The translations under genes were made by a program, and so were the position numbers. The notes under the pieces are model-generated. The model made no database searches. It was not told where the DNA came from and worked only from the letters and a program-made list of their open reading frames with translations. 64,000 nt of DNA from the human T2T-CHM13v2.0 reference genome, Homo sapiens: NCBI RefSeq assembly GCF_009914755.1, contig NC_060943.1. One strand, given 5' to 3'. Each line of letters starts with the position of its first letter. Positions within the stretch are counted from its first letter, which is position 1. Of the stretch, positions 53,801-64,000 are shown piece after piece.

Positions 53801-56800
53801 GGATATTCAGACTTCTTTGAGGCCTTCGTTGGAAGCGGGATTTCTTCATGTTCTGCTAGACAGAAGAATTCTCAGAAACTTCCTTGTGTTGTGTGTTTTC
53901 AACTCACAGAGTTGAACGATCCTTTACACAGAGCAGACTTGAAACACTACTTTTGTGGAATTTGCAAGTGGAGATTTCAGCCGCTTTGAGGTCAATGGTA
54001 GAATAGGAAATATCTTCCTATAGAAACTAGACAGAATGATTCTGAGAAACTCCTTTGTCATGTGTGCGTTCAACTCACATAGTTTAACCTTTCTTTTCAT
54101 AGAGCAGTTAGGAAACACTCTGTTTGTAAAGTCTGCAAGTGGATATTCAGACCTCCTTGAGGCATTCGTTGGAAACGGGATTTCTTCATATTATGCTAGA
54201 CAGAAGAATTCTCAGTAACTTCCTTGTGTTGTGTGTATTCAACTCACAGAGTTGAACGATCATTTACACAGAGCAGACTTGAAACACTCTTTTTGTGGAA
54301 TTTGCAAGTGGAGATTTCAGCCGCTTTGAGTTCAATGGTAGAATAGGAAATATCTTCCTATAGAAACTAGACAGAATGATTCTCAGAAACTCCTTTGTGA
54401 TGTGTGCGTTCAACTCACAGAGTTTAACCTTTCTTTTCATAGAGCAGTTGGGAAACACTCTGTTTGTAACGTCTGCAAGTGGATTTTCAGACATCCTTGA
54501 GGCTTTCGTTGGAAACGGGATTTCTTCATATTCTGCTAGAAAGAAGAATTCTCAGTAACTTCCTTGTGTTGTGTGTATTCAACTCACAGAGTTGAACGAT
54601 CCTTTACACAGAGCAGACTTGAAACACTCTTTTTGTGGAATTTGCAAGTGGAGATTTCAGCCGCTTTGAGGTCAATGGTAGAATAGGAAATATCTTCCTA
54701 TAGAAACTAGACAGAATGATTCTCAGAAACTCCTTTGTGATGTGTGCGTTCAACTCACAGAGTTTAACCTTTCTTTTCATAGAGCAGTTAGGAAACACTC
54801 TGTTTGTAAAGTCTGCAAGTGGATATTCAGACATCTTTGAGGCCTTCGTTGGAAACGGGATTTCTTCATGTTCTGCTAGACAGAAGAATTCTCAGAAACT
54901 TCCTTGTGTTGTGTGTTTTCAACTCACAGAGTTGAACGATGCTTTACACAGAGTAGACTTGAAACACTCTTTTTGTGTAATTTGCAAGTGGAGATTTCAG
55001 CCGCTTTGAGGTCAATGGTAGAAAAGGAAATATCTTCGTATAAAAACTAGACAGAATGATTCTCAGAAACTCCTTTGTGATGTGTGCGTTCAACTCACAG
55101 AGTTTAACCTTTCTTTTCATAGAGCAGTTAGGAAACACTCTGTTTGTAAAGTCTGCAAGTGGATATTCAGACCTCTTTGAGGCCTTCGTTGGAAACGGGA
55201 TTTCTTCATATTATGCTAGACAGAAGAATTCTCAGAAACTTCCTTGTGTTGTGTGTTTTCAACTCACAGAGTTGAACGATCCTTTACACAGAGCAGACTT
55301 GAAACACTCTTTTTGTGGAATTTGCAAGTGGAGACTTCAGCCGCTTTTAGGTCAATGGTAGAATAGGAAATATCTTCCTATAAAAACTAGACAGACTGAT
55401 TCTGAGAAACTCCTTTGTGATGTGTGCGTTCAACTCACAGAGTTTAACCTTTCTTTTCATAGAGCAGTTAGGAAACACTCTGTTTGTAAAGTCTGCAAGT
55501 GGATAATCAGACCTCCTTGAGGCCTTCGTTGGAAACGGGATTTCTTCATATTATGCTAGACAGAAGAATTCTCAGTAACTTCCTTGTGTTGTGTGTATTC
55601 AACTCACAGAGTTGAACGATCCTTTACACAGAGCAGACTTGAAACACTCTTTTTGTGGAATTTGCAAGTGGAGATTTCAGCCGCTTTGAGTTCAATGGTA
55701 GAATAGGAAATATCTTCCTATAGAAACTAGACAGAATGATTCTCAGAAACTCCTTTGTGATTTGTGCGTTCAACTCACAGAGTTCAACCTTTCTTTTCAT
55801 AGAGCAGTTGGGAAACACTCTTTTTGTAAAGTCTGCAAGTGGATATTCAGACTTCTTTGAGGCCTTCGTTGGAAGCGGGATTTCTTCATATTCTGCTAGA
55901 CAGAAGAATTCTCAGTAACTTCCTTGTGTTGTGTGTATTCAACTCACAGAGTTGAACGATCCTTTACACAGAGCAGACTTGAAACACTCTTTTTTGTGGA
56001 ATTTGCAAGTGGAGATTTCAGCCACTTTGAGGTCAATGGTAGAATAGGAAATATCTTCCTATAGAAACTAGACAGAATGATTCTCAGAAACTCCTTTGTG
56101 ATGTGTGCGTTCAACTCACAGAGTTTAACCTTTCTTTTCATAGAGCAGTTAGGAAACACTCTGTTTGTAAAGTCTGCAAGTGGATATTCAGACATCCTTG
56201 AGGCTTTCGTTGGAAACGGGATTTCTTCATATTCTGCTAGAAAGAAGAATTCTCAGTAACTTCCTTGTGTTGTGTGTATTCAACTCACAGAGTTGAACGA
56301 TCCTTTACACAGAGCAGACTTGAAACACTCTTTTTGTGGAATTTGCAAGTGGAGATTTCAGCCGCTTTGAGGTCAATGGTAGAAAAGGAAATATCTTCGT
56401 ATAAAAACTAGACAGAATGATTCTCAGAAACTCCTTTGTGATGTGTGCGTTCAACTCACAGAGTTTAACCTTTCTTTTCATAGAGCAGTTAGGAAACACT
56501 CTGTTTGTAAAGTCTGCAAGTGGATATTCAGACATCTTTGAGGCCTTCGTTGGAAACGGGATTTCTTCATGTTCTGCTAGACAGAAGAATTCTGAGAAAC
56601 TTCCTTGTGTTGGGTGTTTTCAACTCACAGAGTTGAACGATGCTTTACACAGAGTAGACTTGAAACACTGTTTTTGTGTAATTTGCAAGTGGAGATTTCA
56701 GCCGCTTTGAGGTCAATGGTAGAAAAGGAAATATCTTCGTATAAAAACTAGACAGAATGATTCTCAGAAACTCCTTTGTGATGTGTGCGTTCAACTCACA

Positions 56801-59800
56801 GAGTTTAACCTTTCTTTTCATAGAGCAGTTAGGAAACACTCTGTTTGTAAAGTCTGCAAGTGGATATTCAGACCTCCTTGAGGCCTTCGTTGGAAACGGG
56901 ATTTCTTCATATTATGCTAGACAGAAGAATTCTCAGTAACTTCCTTGTGTTGTGTGTATTCAACTCACAGAGTTGAACGATCCTTTACACAGAGCAGACT
57001 TGAAACACTCTTTTTGTGGAATTTGCAAGTGGAGATTTCAGTCGCTTTGAGGTCAATGGTAGAATAGGAAATATCTTCCTATAGAAACTAGACAGAATGA
57101 TTCTCAGAAACTCCTTTGTGATGTGTGCGTTCAACTCACAGAGTTCAACCTTTCTTTTCATAGAGCAGTTGGGAAACACTCTGTTTGTAAAGTCTGCAAG
57201 TGGATATTCAGACTTCTTTGAGGCCTTCGTTGGAAGCGGGATTTCTTCATGTTCTGCTAGACAGAAGAATTCTCAGAAACTTCCTTGTGTTGTGTGTTTT
57301 CAACTCACAGAGTTGAACGATCCTTTACACAGAGCAGACTTGAAACACTCCTTTTGTGGAATTTGCAAGTGGAGATTTCAGCCGCTTTGAGGTCAATGGT
57401 AGAATAGGAAATATCTTCCTATAGAAACTAGACAGAATGATTCTGAGAAACTCCTTTGTGATGTGTGCGTTCAACTCACAGAGTTTAACCTTTCTTTTCA
57501 TAGAGCAGTTAGGAAACACTCTGTTTGTAAAGTCTGCAAGTGGATATTCAGACCTCCTTGAGGCCTTCGTTGGAAGTGGGATTTCTTCATATTCTGCTAG
57601 ACAGAAGAATTCTCAGAAACTTCCTTGTGTTGTGTGTTTTCAACTCACAGAGTTGAACGATCCTTTACACAGAGCAGACTTGAAACACTCCTTTTGTGGA
57701 ATTTGCAAGTGGAGATTTCAGCCGCTTTGAGGTCAATGGTAGAATAGGAAATATCTTCCTATAGAAACTACACAGAATGATTCTCAGAAACTCCTTTGTG
57801 ATGTGTGCGTTCAACTCACAGAGTTTAACCTTTCTTTTCATAGAGCAGTTGGGAAACACTCTGTTTGTAATGGCTGCAAGTGGATATTCAGACATCCTTG
57901 AGGCTTTCGTTGGAAACGGGATTTCTTCATATTCTGCTAGAAAGAAGAATTCTCAGTAACTTCCTTGTGTTGTGTGTATTCAACTCACAGAGTTGAACGA
58001 TCCTTTACACAGAGCAGACTTGAAACACTCTTTTTGTGGAATTTGCAAGTGGAGATTTCAGCCGCTTTGAGGTCAATGGTAGAATAGGAAATATCTTCCT
58101 ATAGAAACTAGACAGAATGATTCTCAGAAACTCCTTTGTGATGTGTGCGTTCAACTCACAGAGTTTAACCTTTCTTTTCATAGAGCAGTTAGGAAACACT
58201 CTGTTTGTAAAGTCTGCAAGTGGATATTCAGACCTCCTTGAGGCCTTCGTTGGAAACGGGATTTCTTCATGTTCTGCTATACAGAAGAATTCTCAGAAAC
58301 TTCCTTGTGTTGTGTGTTTTCAAATCACAGAGTTGAACGATGCTTTACACAGAGTAGACTTGAAACACTCTTTTTGTGTAATTTGCAAGTGGAGATTTCA
58401 GCCGCTTTGAGGTCAATGGTAGAAAAGGAAATATCTTCGTATAAAAATTAGACAGAATGATTCTCAGAAACTCCTTTGTGATGTGTGCGTTCAACTCACA
58501 GAGTTTAACCTTTCTTTTCATAGAGTAGTTAGGAAACACTCTGTTTGTAAAGTCTGCAAGTGGATATTCAGACCTCCTTGAGACCTTCGTTGGAAACGGG
58601 ATTTCTTCATATTATGCTAGACAGAAGAATTCTCAGTAACTTCCTTGTGTTGTGTGTATTCAACTCACAGAGTTGAACGATCCTTTACACAGAGCAGACT
58701 TGAAACACTCTTTTTGTGGAATTTGCAAGTGGAGATTTCAGCCGCTTTGAGGTCAATGGTAGAATAGGAAATATCTTCCTATAGAAACTAGACAGAATGA
58801 TTCTCAGAAACTCCTTTGTGATGTGTGCGTTCAACTCACAGAGTTCAACCTTTCTTTTCATAGAGCAGTTGGGAAACACTCTGTAAAGTCTGCAAGTGGA
58901 TATTCAGACTTCTTTGAGGCCTTCGTTGGAAGCGGGATTTCTTCATGTTCTGCTAGACAGAAGAATTCTCAGAAACTTCCTTGTGTTGTGTGTTTTCAAC
59001 TCACAGAGTTGAACGATCCTTTACACAGAGCAGACTTGAAACACTCCTTTTGTGGAATTTGCAAGTGGAGATTTCAGCCGCTTTGAGGTCAATGGTAGAA
59101 TAGGAAATATCTTCCTATAGAAAGTAGACAGAATGATTCTGAGAAACTCCTTTGTGATGTGTGCGTTCAACTCACAGAGTTTAACCTTTCTTTTCATAGA
59201 GCAGTTAGGAAACACTCTGTTTGTAAAGTCTGCAAGTGGATATTCAGACCTCCTTGAGGCCTTCGTTGGAAACGGGATTTCTTCATATTATGCTAGACAG
59301 AAGAATTCTCAGTAACTTCCTTGTGTTGTGTGTATTCAACTCACAGAGTTGAACGATCCTTTACACAGAGCAGACTTGAAACACTCTTTTTGTGGAATTT
59401 GCAAGTGGAGATTTCAGCCGCTTTGAGTTCAATGGTAGAATAGGAAATATCTTCCTATAGAAACTAGACAGAATGATTCTCAGAAACTCCTTTGTGATGT
59501 GTGCGTTCAACTCACAGAGTTCAACCTTTCTTTTCATAGAGCAGTTGGGAAACACTCTGTTTGTAAAGTCTGCAAGTGGATATTCAGACTTCTTTGAGGC
59601 CTTCGTTGGAAGCGGGATTTCTTCATATTCTGCTCGACAGAAGAATTCTCAGTAACTTCCTTGTGTTGTGTGTATTCAACTCACAGAGTTGAACGATCCT
59701 TTACACAGAGCAGACTTGAAACACTCTTTTTGTGGAATTTGCAAGTGGAGATTTCAGCCGCTTTGAGGTCAATGGTAGAATAGGAAATATCTTCCTATAG

Positions 59801-62080
59801 AAACTAGACAGAATGATTCTCAGAAACTCCTTTGTGATGTGTGCGTTCAACTCACAGAGTTTAACCTTTCTTTTCATAGAGCAGTTAGGAAACACTCTGT
59901 TTGTGAAGTCTGCAAGTGGATATTCAGACATCCTTGAGGCTTTCGTTGGAAACGGGATTTCTTCATATTCTGCTAGAAAGAAGAATTCTCAGTAACTTCC
60001 TTGTGTTGTGTGTATTCAACTCACAGAGTTGAACGATCCTTTACACAGAGCAGACTTGAAACACCCTTTTTGTGGAATTTGCAAGTGGAGATTTCAGCCG
60101 CTTTGAGGTCAATGGTAGAATAGGAAATATCTTCCTATAGAAACTAGACAGAATGATTCTCAGAAACTCCTTTGTGATGTGTGCGTTCAACTCACAGAGT
60201 TTAACCTTTCTTTTCATAGAGCAGTTAGGAAACACTCTGTTTGTAAAGTCTGCAAGTGGATATTCAGACATGTTTGAGGCCTTCGTTGGAAATGGGATTT
60301 CTTCATGTTCTGCTAGACAGAAGAATTCTGAGAAACTTCCTTGTGTTGTGTGTTTTCAACTCACAGAGTTGAACGATGCTTTACACAGAGTAGACTTGAA
60401 ACACTCTTTTTGTGTAATTTGCAAGTGGAGATTTCAGCCGCTTTGAGGTCAATGGTAGAAAAGGAAATATCTTCGTATAAAAACTAGACAGAATGATTCT
60501 CAGAAACTCCTTTGTGATGTGTGCGTTCAACTCACAGAGTTTAACCTTTCTTTTCATAGAGCAGTTAGGAAACACTCTGTTTGTAAAGTCTGCAAGTGGA
60601 TATTCAGACCTCCTTGAGGCCTTCGTTGGAAACGGGATTTCTTCATATTATGCTAGACAGAAGAATTCTCAGTAACTTCCTTGTGTTGTGTGTATTCAAC
60701 TCACAGAGTTGAATGATCCTTTACACAGAGCAGACTTGAAACCCTCTTTTTGTGGAATTTGCAAGTGGAGATTTCAGCCGCTTTGAGGTCAATGGTAGAA
60801 TAGGAAATATCTTCCTATAGAAACTAGACAGAATGATTCTCAGAAACTCCTTTGTGATGTGTGCGTTCAACTCACAGAGTTCAACCTTTCTTTTCATAGA
60901 GCAGTTGGGAAACACTCTGTTTGTAAAGTCTGCAAGTGGATATTCAGACTTCTTTGAGGCCTTCGTTGGAAGCGGGATTTCTTCATGTTCTGCTAGACAG
61001 AAGAATTCTCAGAAACTTCCTTGTGTTGTGTGTTTTCAACTCACAGAGTTGAACGATCCTTTACACAGAGCAGACTTGAAACACTCCTTTTGTGGAATTT
61101 GCAAGTGGAGATTTCAGCCGCTTTGAGGTCAATGGTAGAATAGGAAATATCTTCCTATAGAAACTAGACAGAATGATTCTGAGAAACTCCTTTGTGATGT
61201 GTGCGTTCAACTCACAGAGTTTAACCTTTCTTTTCATAGAGCAGTTAGGAAACACTCTCTTTGTAAAGTATGCAAGTGGATATTCAGACATCCTTGAAGC
61301 TTTCGTTGGAAACGGGATTTCTTCATATTCTGCTAGAAAGAAGAATTCTCAGTAACTTCCTTGTGTTGTGTGTATTCAACTCACAGAGTTGAATGATCCT
61401 TTACACAGAACAGTCTTGAAACAGTCTTTTTGTGGAATTTGCAAGTGGAGATTTCAGCCGCTTTGAGGTCAATGGTGGAATAGGAAATATCTTCCTATAG
61501 AAACTAGACAGAATGATTCTCAGAAACTCCTTTGTGATGTGTGCGTTCAACTCACAGAGTTTAACCTTTCTTTTCATAGAGCAGTTAGGAAACACTCTGT
61601 TTGTAAAGTCTGCAAGTGGATATTCAGACCTCCTTGAGGCCTTCGTAGGAAACGGGATTTCTTCCTATTATGCTAGACAGAAGAATTCTCAGTAACTTCC
61701 TTGTGTTGTGTGTATTCAACTCACAGAGTTGAACGATCCTTTACACAGAGCAGACTTGAAACACTCTTTTTGTGGAAATTGCAAGTGGAGATTTCAGCCG
61801 CTTTGAGGTCAATGGTAGAAAAGGAAATATCTTCGTATAAAAACTAGACAGAATGATTCTCAGAAACTCCTTTGTGATGTGTGCGTTCAACTCACAGAGT
61901 TTAACCTTTCTTTTCATAGAGCAGTTAGGAAACACTCTGTTTGTAAAGTCTGCAAGTGGATATTCAGACCTCCTTGAGGCCTTCGTTGGAAACGGGATTT
62001 CTTCATATTATGCTAGACAGAAGAATTCTCAATAACTTCCTTGTGTTGTGTGTATTCAACTCACAGAGTTGAACGATCCT

Positions 62081-63440
62081 TTACACAGAGCAGACTTGAA
62101 ACACTCTTTTTGTGGAATTTGCAAGTGGAGATTTCAGCCGCTTTGAGGTCAATGGTAGAATAGGAAATATCTTCCTATAGAAACTAGACACAATGATTCT
62201 GAGAAACTCCTTTGTGATGTGTGCGTTCAACTCACACAGTTTAACCTTTCTTTTCATATAGCAGTTAGGAAACACTCTGTTTGTAAAGTCTGCAAGTGGA
62301 TATTCAGACCTCCTTGAGGCCTTCGTTGGAAACGGGATTTCTTCAAATTCTGCTAGACAGAAGAATTCTCAGTAACTTCCTTGTGTTGTGTGTATTCAAC
62401 TCACAGAGTTGAACGATCCTTTACACAGAGCAGACTTGAAACACTCTTTTTGTGGAATTTGCAAGTGGAGATTTCAGCCGCTTTGAGTTCAATGGTAGAA
62501 TAGGAAATATCTTCCTATAGAAACTAGACAGAATGATTCTCAGAAACTCCTTTGTGATGTGTGCGTTCAACTCACAGAGTTCAACCTTTCTTTTCATAGA
62601 GCAGTTGGGAAACACTCTGTTTGTAAAGTCTGCAAGTGGATATTCAGACCTCCTTGAGGCCTTCGTTGGAAACGGGATTTCTTCATATTATGCTAGACAG
62701 AAGAATTCTCAGTAACTTCCTTGTGTTGTGTGTATTCAACTCACAGAGTTGAACGATCCTTTACACAGAGCAGACTTGAAACACTCTTTTTGTGGAATTT
62801 GCAAGTGGAGATTTCAGCCGCTTTGAGGTCAATGGTAGAATAGGAAATATCTTCCTATAGAAACTAGACACAATGATTCTGAGAAACTCCTTTGTGATGT
62901 GTGCGTTCAACTCACACAGTTTAACCTTTCTTTTCATAGAGCAGTTAGGAAACACTCTGTTTGTAAAGTCTGCAAGTGGATATTCAGACCTCCTTGAGGC
63001 CTTCGTTGGAAACGGGATTTCTTCATATTCTGCTAGACAGAAGAATTCTCAGTAACTTCCTTGTGTTGTGTGTATTCAACTCACAGAGTTGAACGATCCT
63101 TTACACAGAGCAGACTTGAAACACTCTTTTTGTGGAATTTGCAAGTGTAGATTTCAGCCGCTTTGAGTTCAATGGTAGAATAGGAAATATCTTCCTATAG
63201 AAACTAGACAGAATGATTCTCAGAAACTCCTTTGTGATGTGTGCGTTCAACTCACAGAGTTCAACCTTTCTTTTCATAGAGCAGTTGGGAAACACTCTGT
63301 TTGTAAAGTCTGCAAGTGGATATTCAGACTTCTTTGAGGCCTTCGTTGGAAGCGGGATTTCTTCATATTCTGCTAGACAGAAGAATTCTCAGTAACTTCC
63401 TTGTGTTGTGTGTATTCAACTCACAGAGTTGAACGATCCT
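62081..63440 (+). repeat. Tandem duplication of 2 dimers, period 680 bp
   Basis: Private markers gacaCaatgattctG (62187/62867) and ctcacaCagt (62231/62911), each followed by a gagTtcaat/gttCaacc/ttGggaa dimer. Confidence 0.85.
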
Positions 63441-64000
63441 TTACACAGAGCAGACTTGAAACACTCTTTTTGTGGAATTTGCAAGTGGAGATTTCAGCCG
63501 CTTTGAGGTCAATGGTAGAATAGGAAATATCTTCCTATAGAAACTAGCCAGAATGATTCTCAGAAACTCCTTTGTGATGTGTGCGTTCAACTCACAGAGT
63601 TTAACCTTTCTTTTCATAGAGCAGTTAGGAAACACTCTGTTTGTAAAGTCTGCAAGTGGATATTCAGACATCCTTGAGGCTTTCGTTGGAAACGGGATTT
63701 CTTCATATTCTGCTAGAAAGAAGAATTCTCAGTAACTTCCTTGTGTTGTGTGTATTCAACTCACAGAGTTGAACGATCCTTTACACAGAGCAGACTTGAA
63801 ACACTCTTTTTGTGGAATTTGCAAGTGGAGATTTCAGCCGCTTTGAGGTCAATGGTGGAATAGGAAATATCTTCCTATAGAAATTAGACAGAATGATTCT
63901 CAGAAACTCCTTTGTGATGTGTGCGTTCAACTCACAGAGTTTAACCTTTCTTTTCATAGAGCAGTTAGGAAACACTCTGTTTGTAAAGTCTGCAAGTGGA

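Larger units (their letters stand above)
1..64000 (+). repeat. Alpha-satellite higher-order repeat array, SF1 dimeric type (~340-bp unit, ~188 copies), D1Z7/D5Z2/D19Z3-like (S1C1/5/19H1L)
   Basis: The 340-bp period is visible throughout (ORF track recurs at 205, 545, 885...). Two alternating related monomers of 169 and 171 bp. CENP-B box in every second monomer, and GAATTC once per dimer in most units (first at 147-152), as in the classical human 340-bp EcoRI dimer. Alpha satellite identity is essentially certain; the chr1/5/19 family call is from recognition (~0.85). Confidence 0.98.

Noticed and set aside
61641-61657. CENP-B box variant CTTCGTAGGAAACGGGA (and the frequent GGAAGCGGG variant) as broken boxes
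   Set aside because: The changes fall outside the nine core positions, so they were counted as intact.
205-63975. Hundreds of 60-111 aa ORFs on both strands (MILRNSFVMC..., MFPNCSMKRK...)
   Set aside because: They recur every 340 bp because the satellite does. They overlap antisense to each other, many rely on non-ATG starts, and they are freely broken or extended by SNVs and frameshifts. There is no recognisable domain or gene structure.
1-64000. CRISPR-like or other repeat-spacer system
   Set aside because: There are no unique spacers, since the entire unit repeats, and no cas or other genes. The sequence is eukaryotic satellite.
1-64000. Transposon insertion (L1/Alu), inversion or non-alpha island
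   Set aside because: The 340-bp phase and strand are maintained end to end. I saw no poly-A tail, target-site duplication or foreign sequence.
1-64000. A single fixed long HOR (e.g. 12-mer or 48-mer) for the whole window
   Set aside because: Periods differ by region (2040, 8160, 6462, 5100, 2379, 1361, 1700, 680). Only the dimer is universal.
1-64000. Assignment to a specific chromosome, or to the CENP-A/kinetochore (hypomethylated) domain
   Set aside because: This array family is shared by chromosomes 1, 5 and 19, and kinetochore position is epigenetic. Neither can be read from the sequence without mapping and chromatin data.

Overview
The whole 64 kb window is one uninterrupted, single-orientation array of primate centromeric alpha-satellite DNA, almost certainly human. 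It is built from about 188 copies of a ~340-bp dimer (169+171-bp monomers). One monomer carries a CENP-B box (CTTCGTTGGAAACGGGA) and the other carries the A-box/pJalpha-type motif, with usually one EcoRI site per dimer. This matches the suprachromosomal family 1 dimeric array shared by chromosomes 1, 5 and 19 (D1Z7/D5Z2/D19Z3; S1C1/5/19H1L). That assignment is from recognition, not a search, and I cannot say which chromosome. I see no genes, RNA genes, transposons, CRISPR arrays or inversions, and the 340-bp-periodic ORFs are satellite artefacts. I found no new biological system. What is informative is the variant pattern: nested tandem duplications (periods of about 8160, 6462/6122, 5100, 2379, 2040, 1361 and 680 bp), an older ~18.5-kb-offset copy, three regionally segregated forms of one divergent monomer, and a map of broken CENP-B boxes. 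All counts were made by eye with help from the ORF track and need confirmation by alignment.
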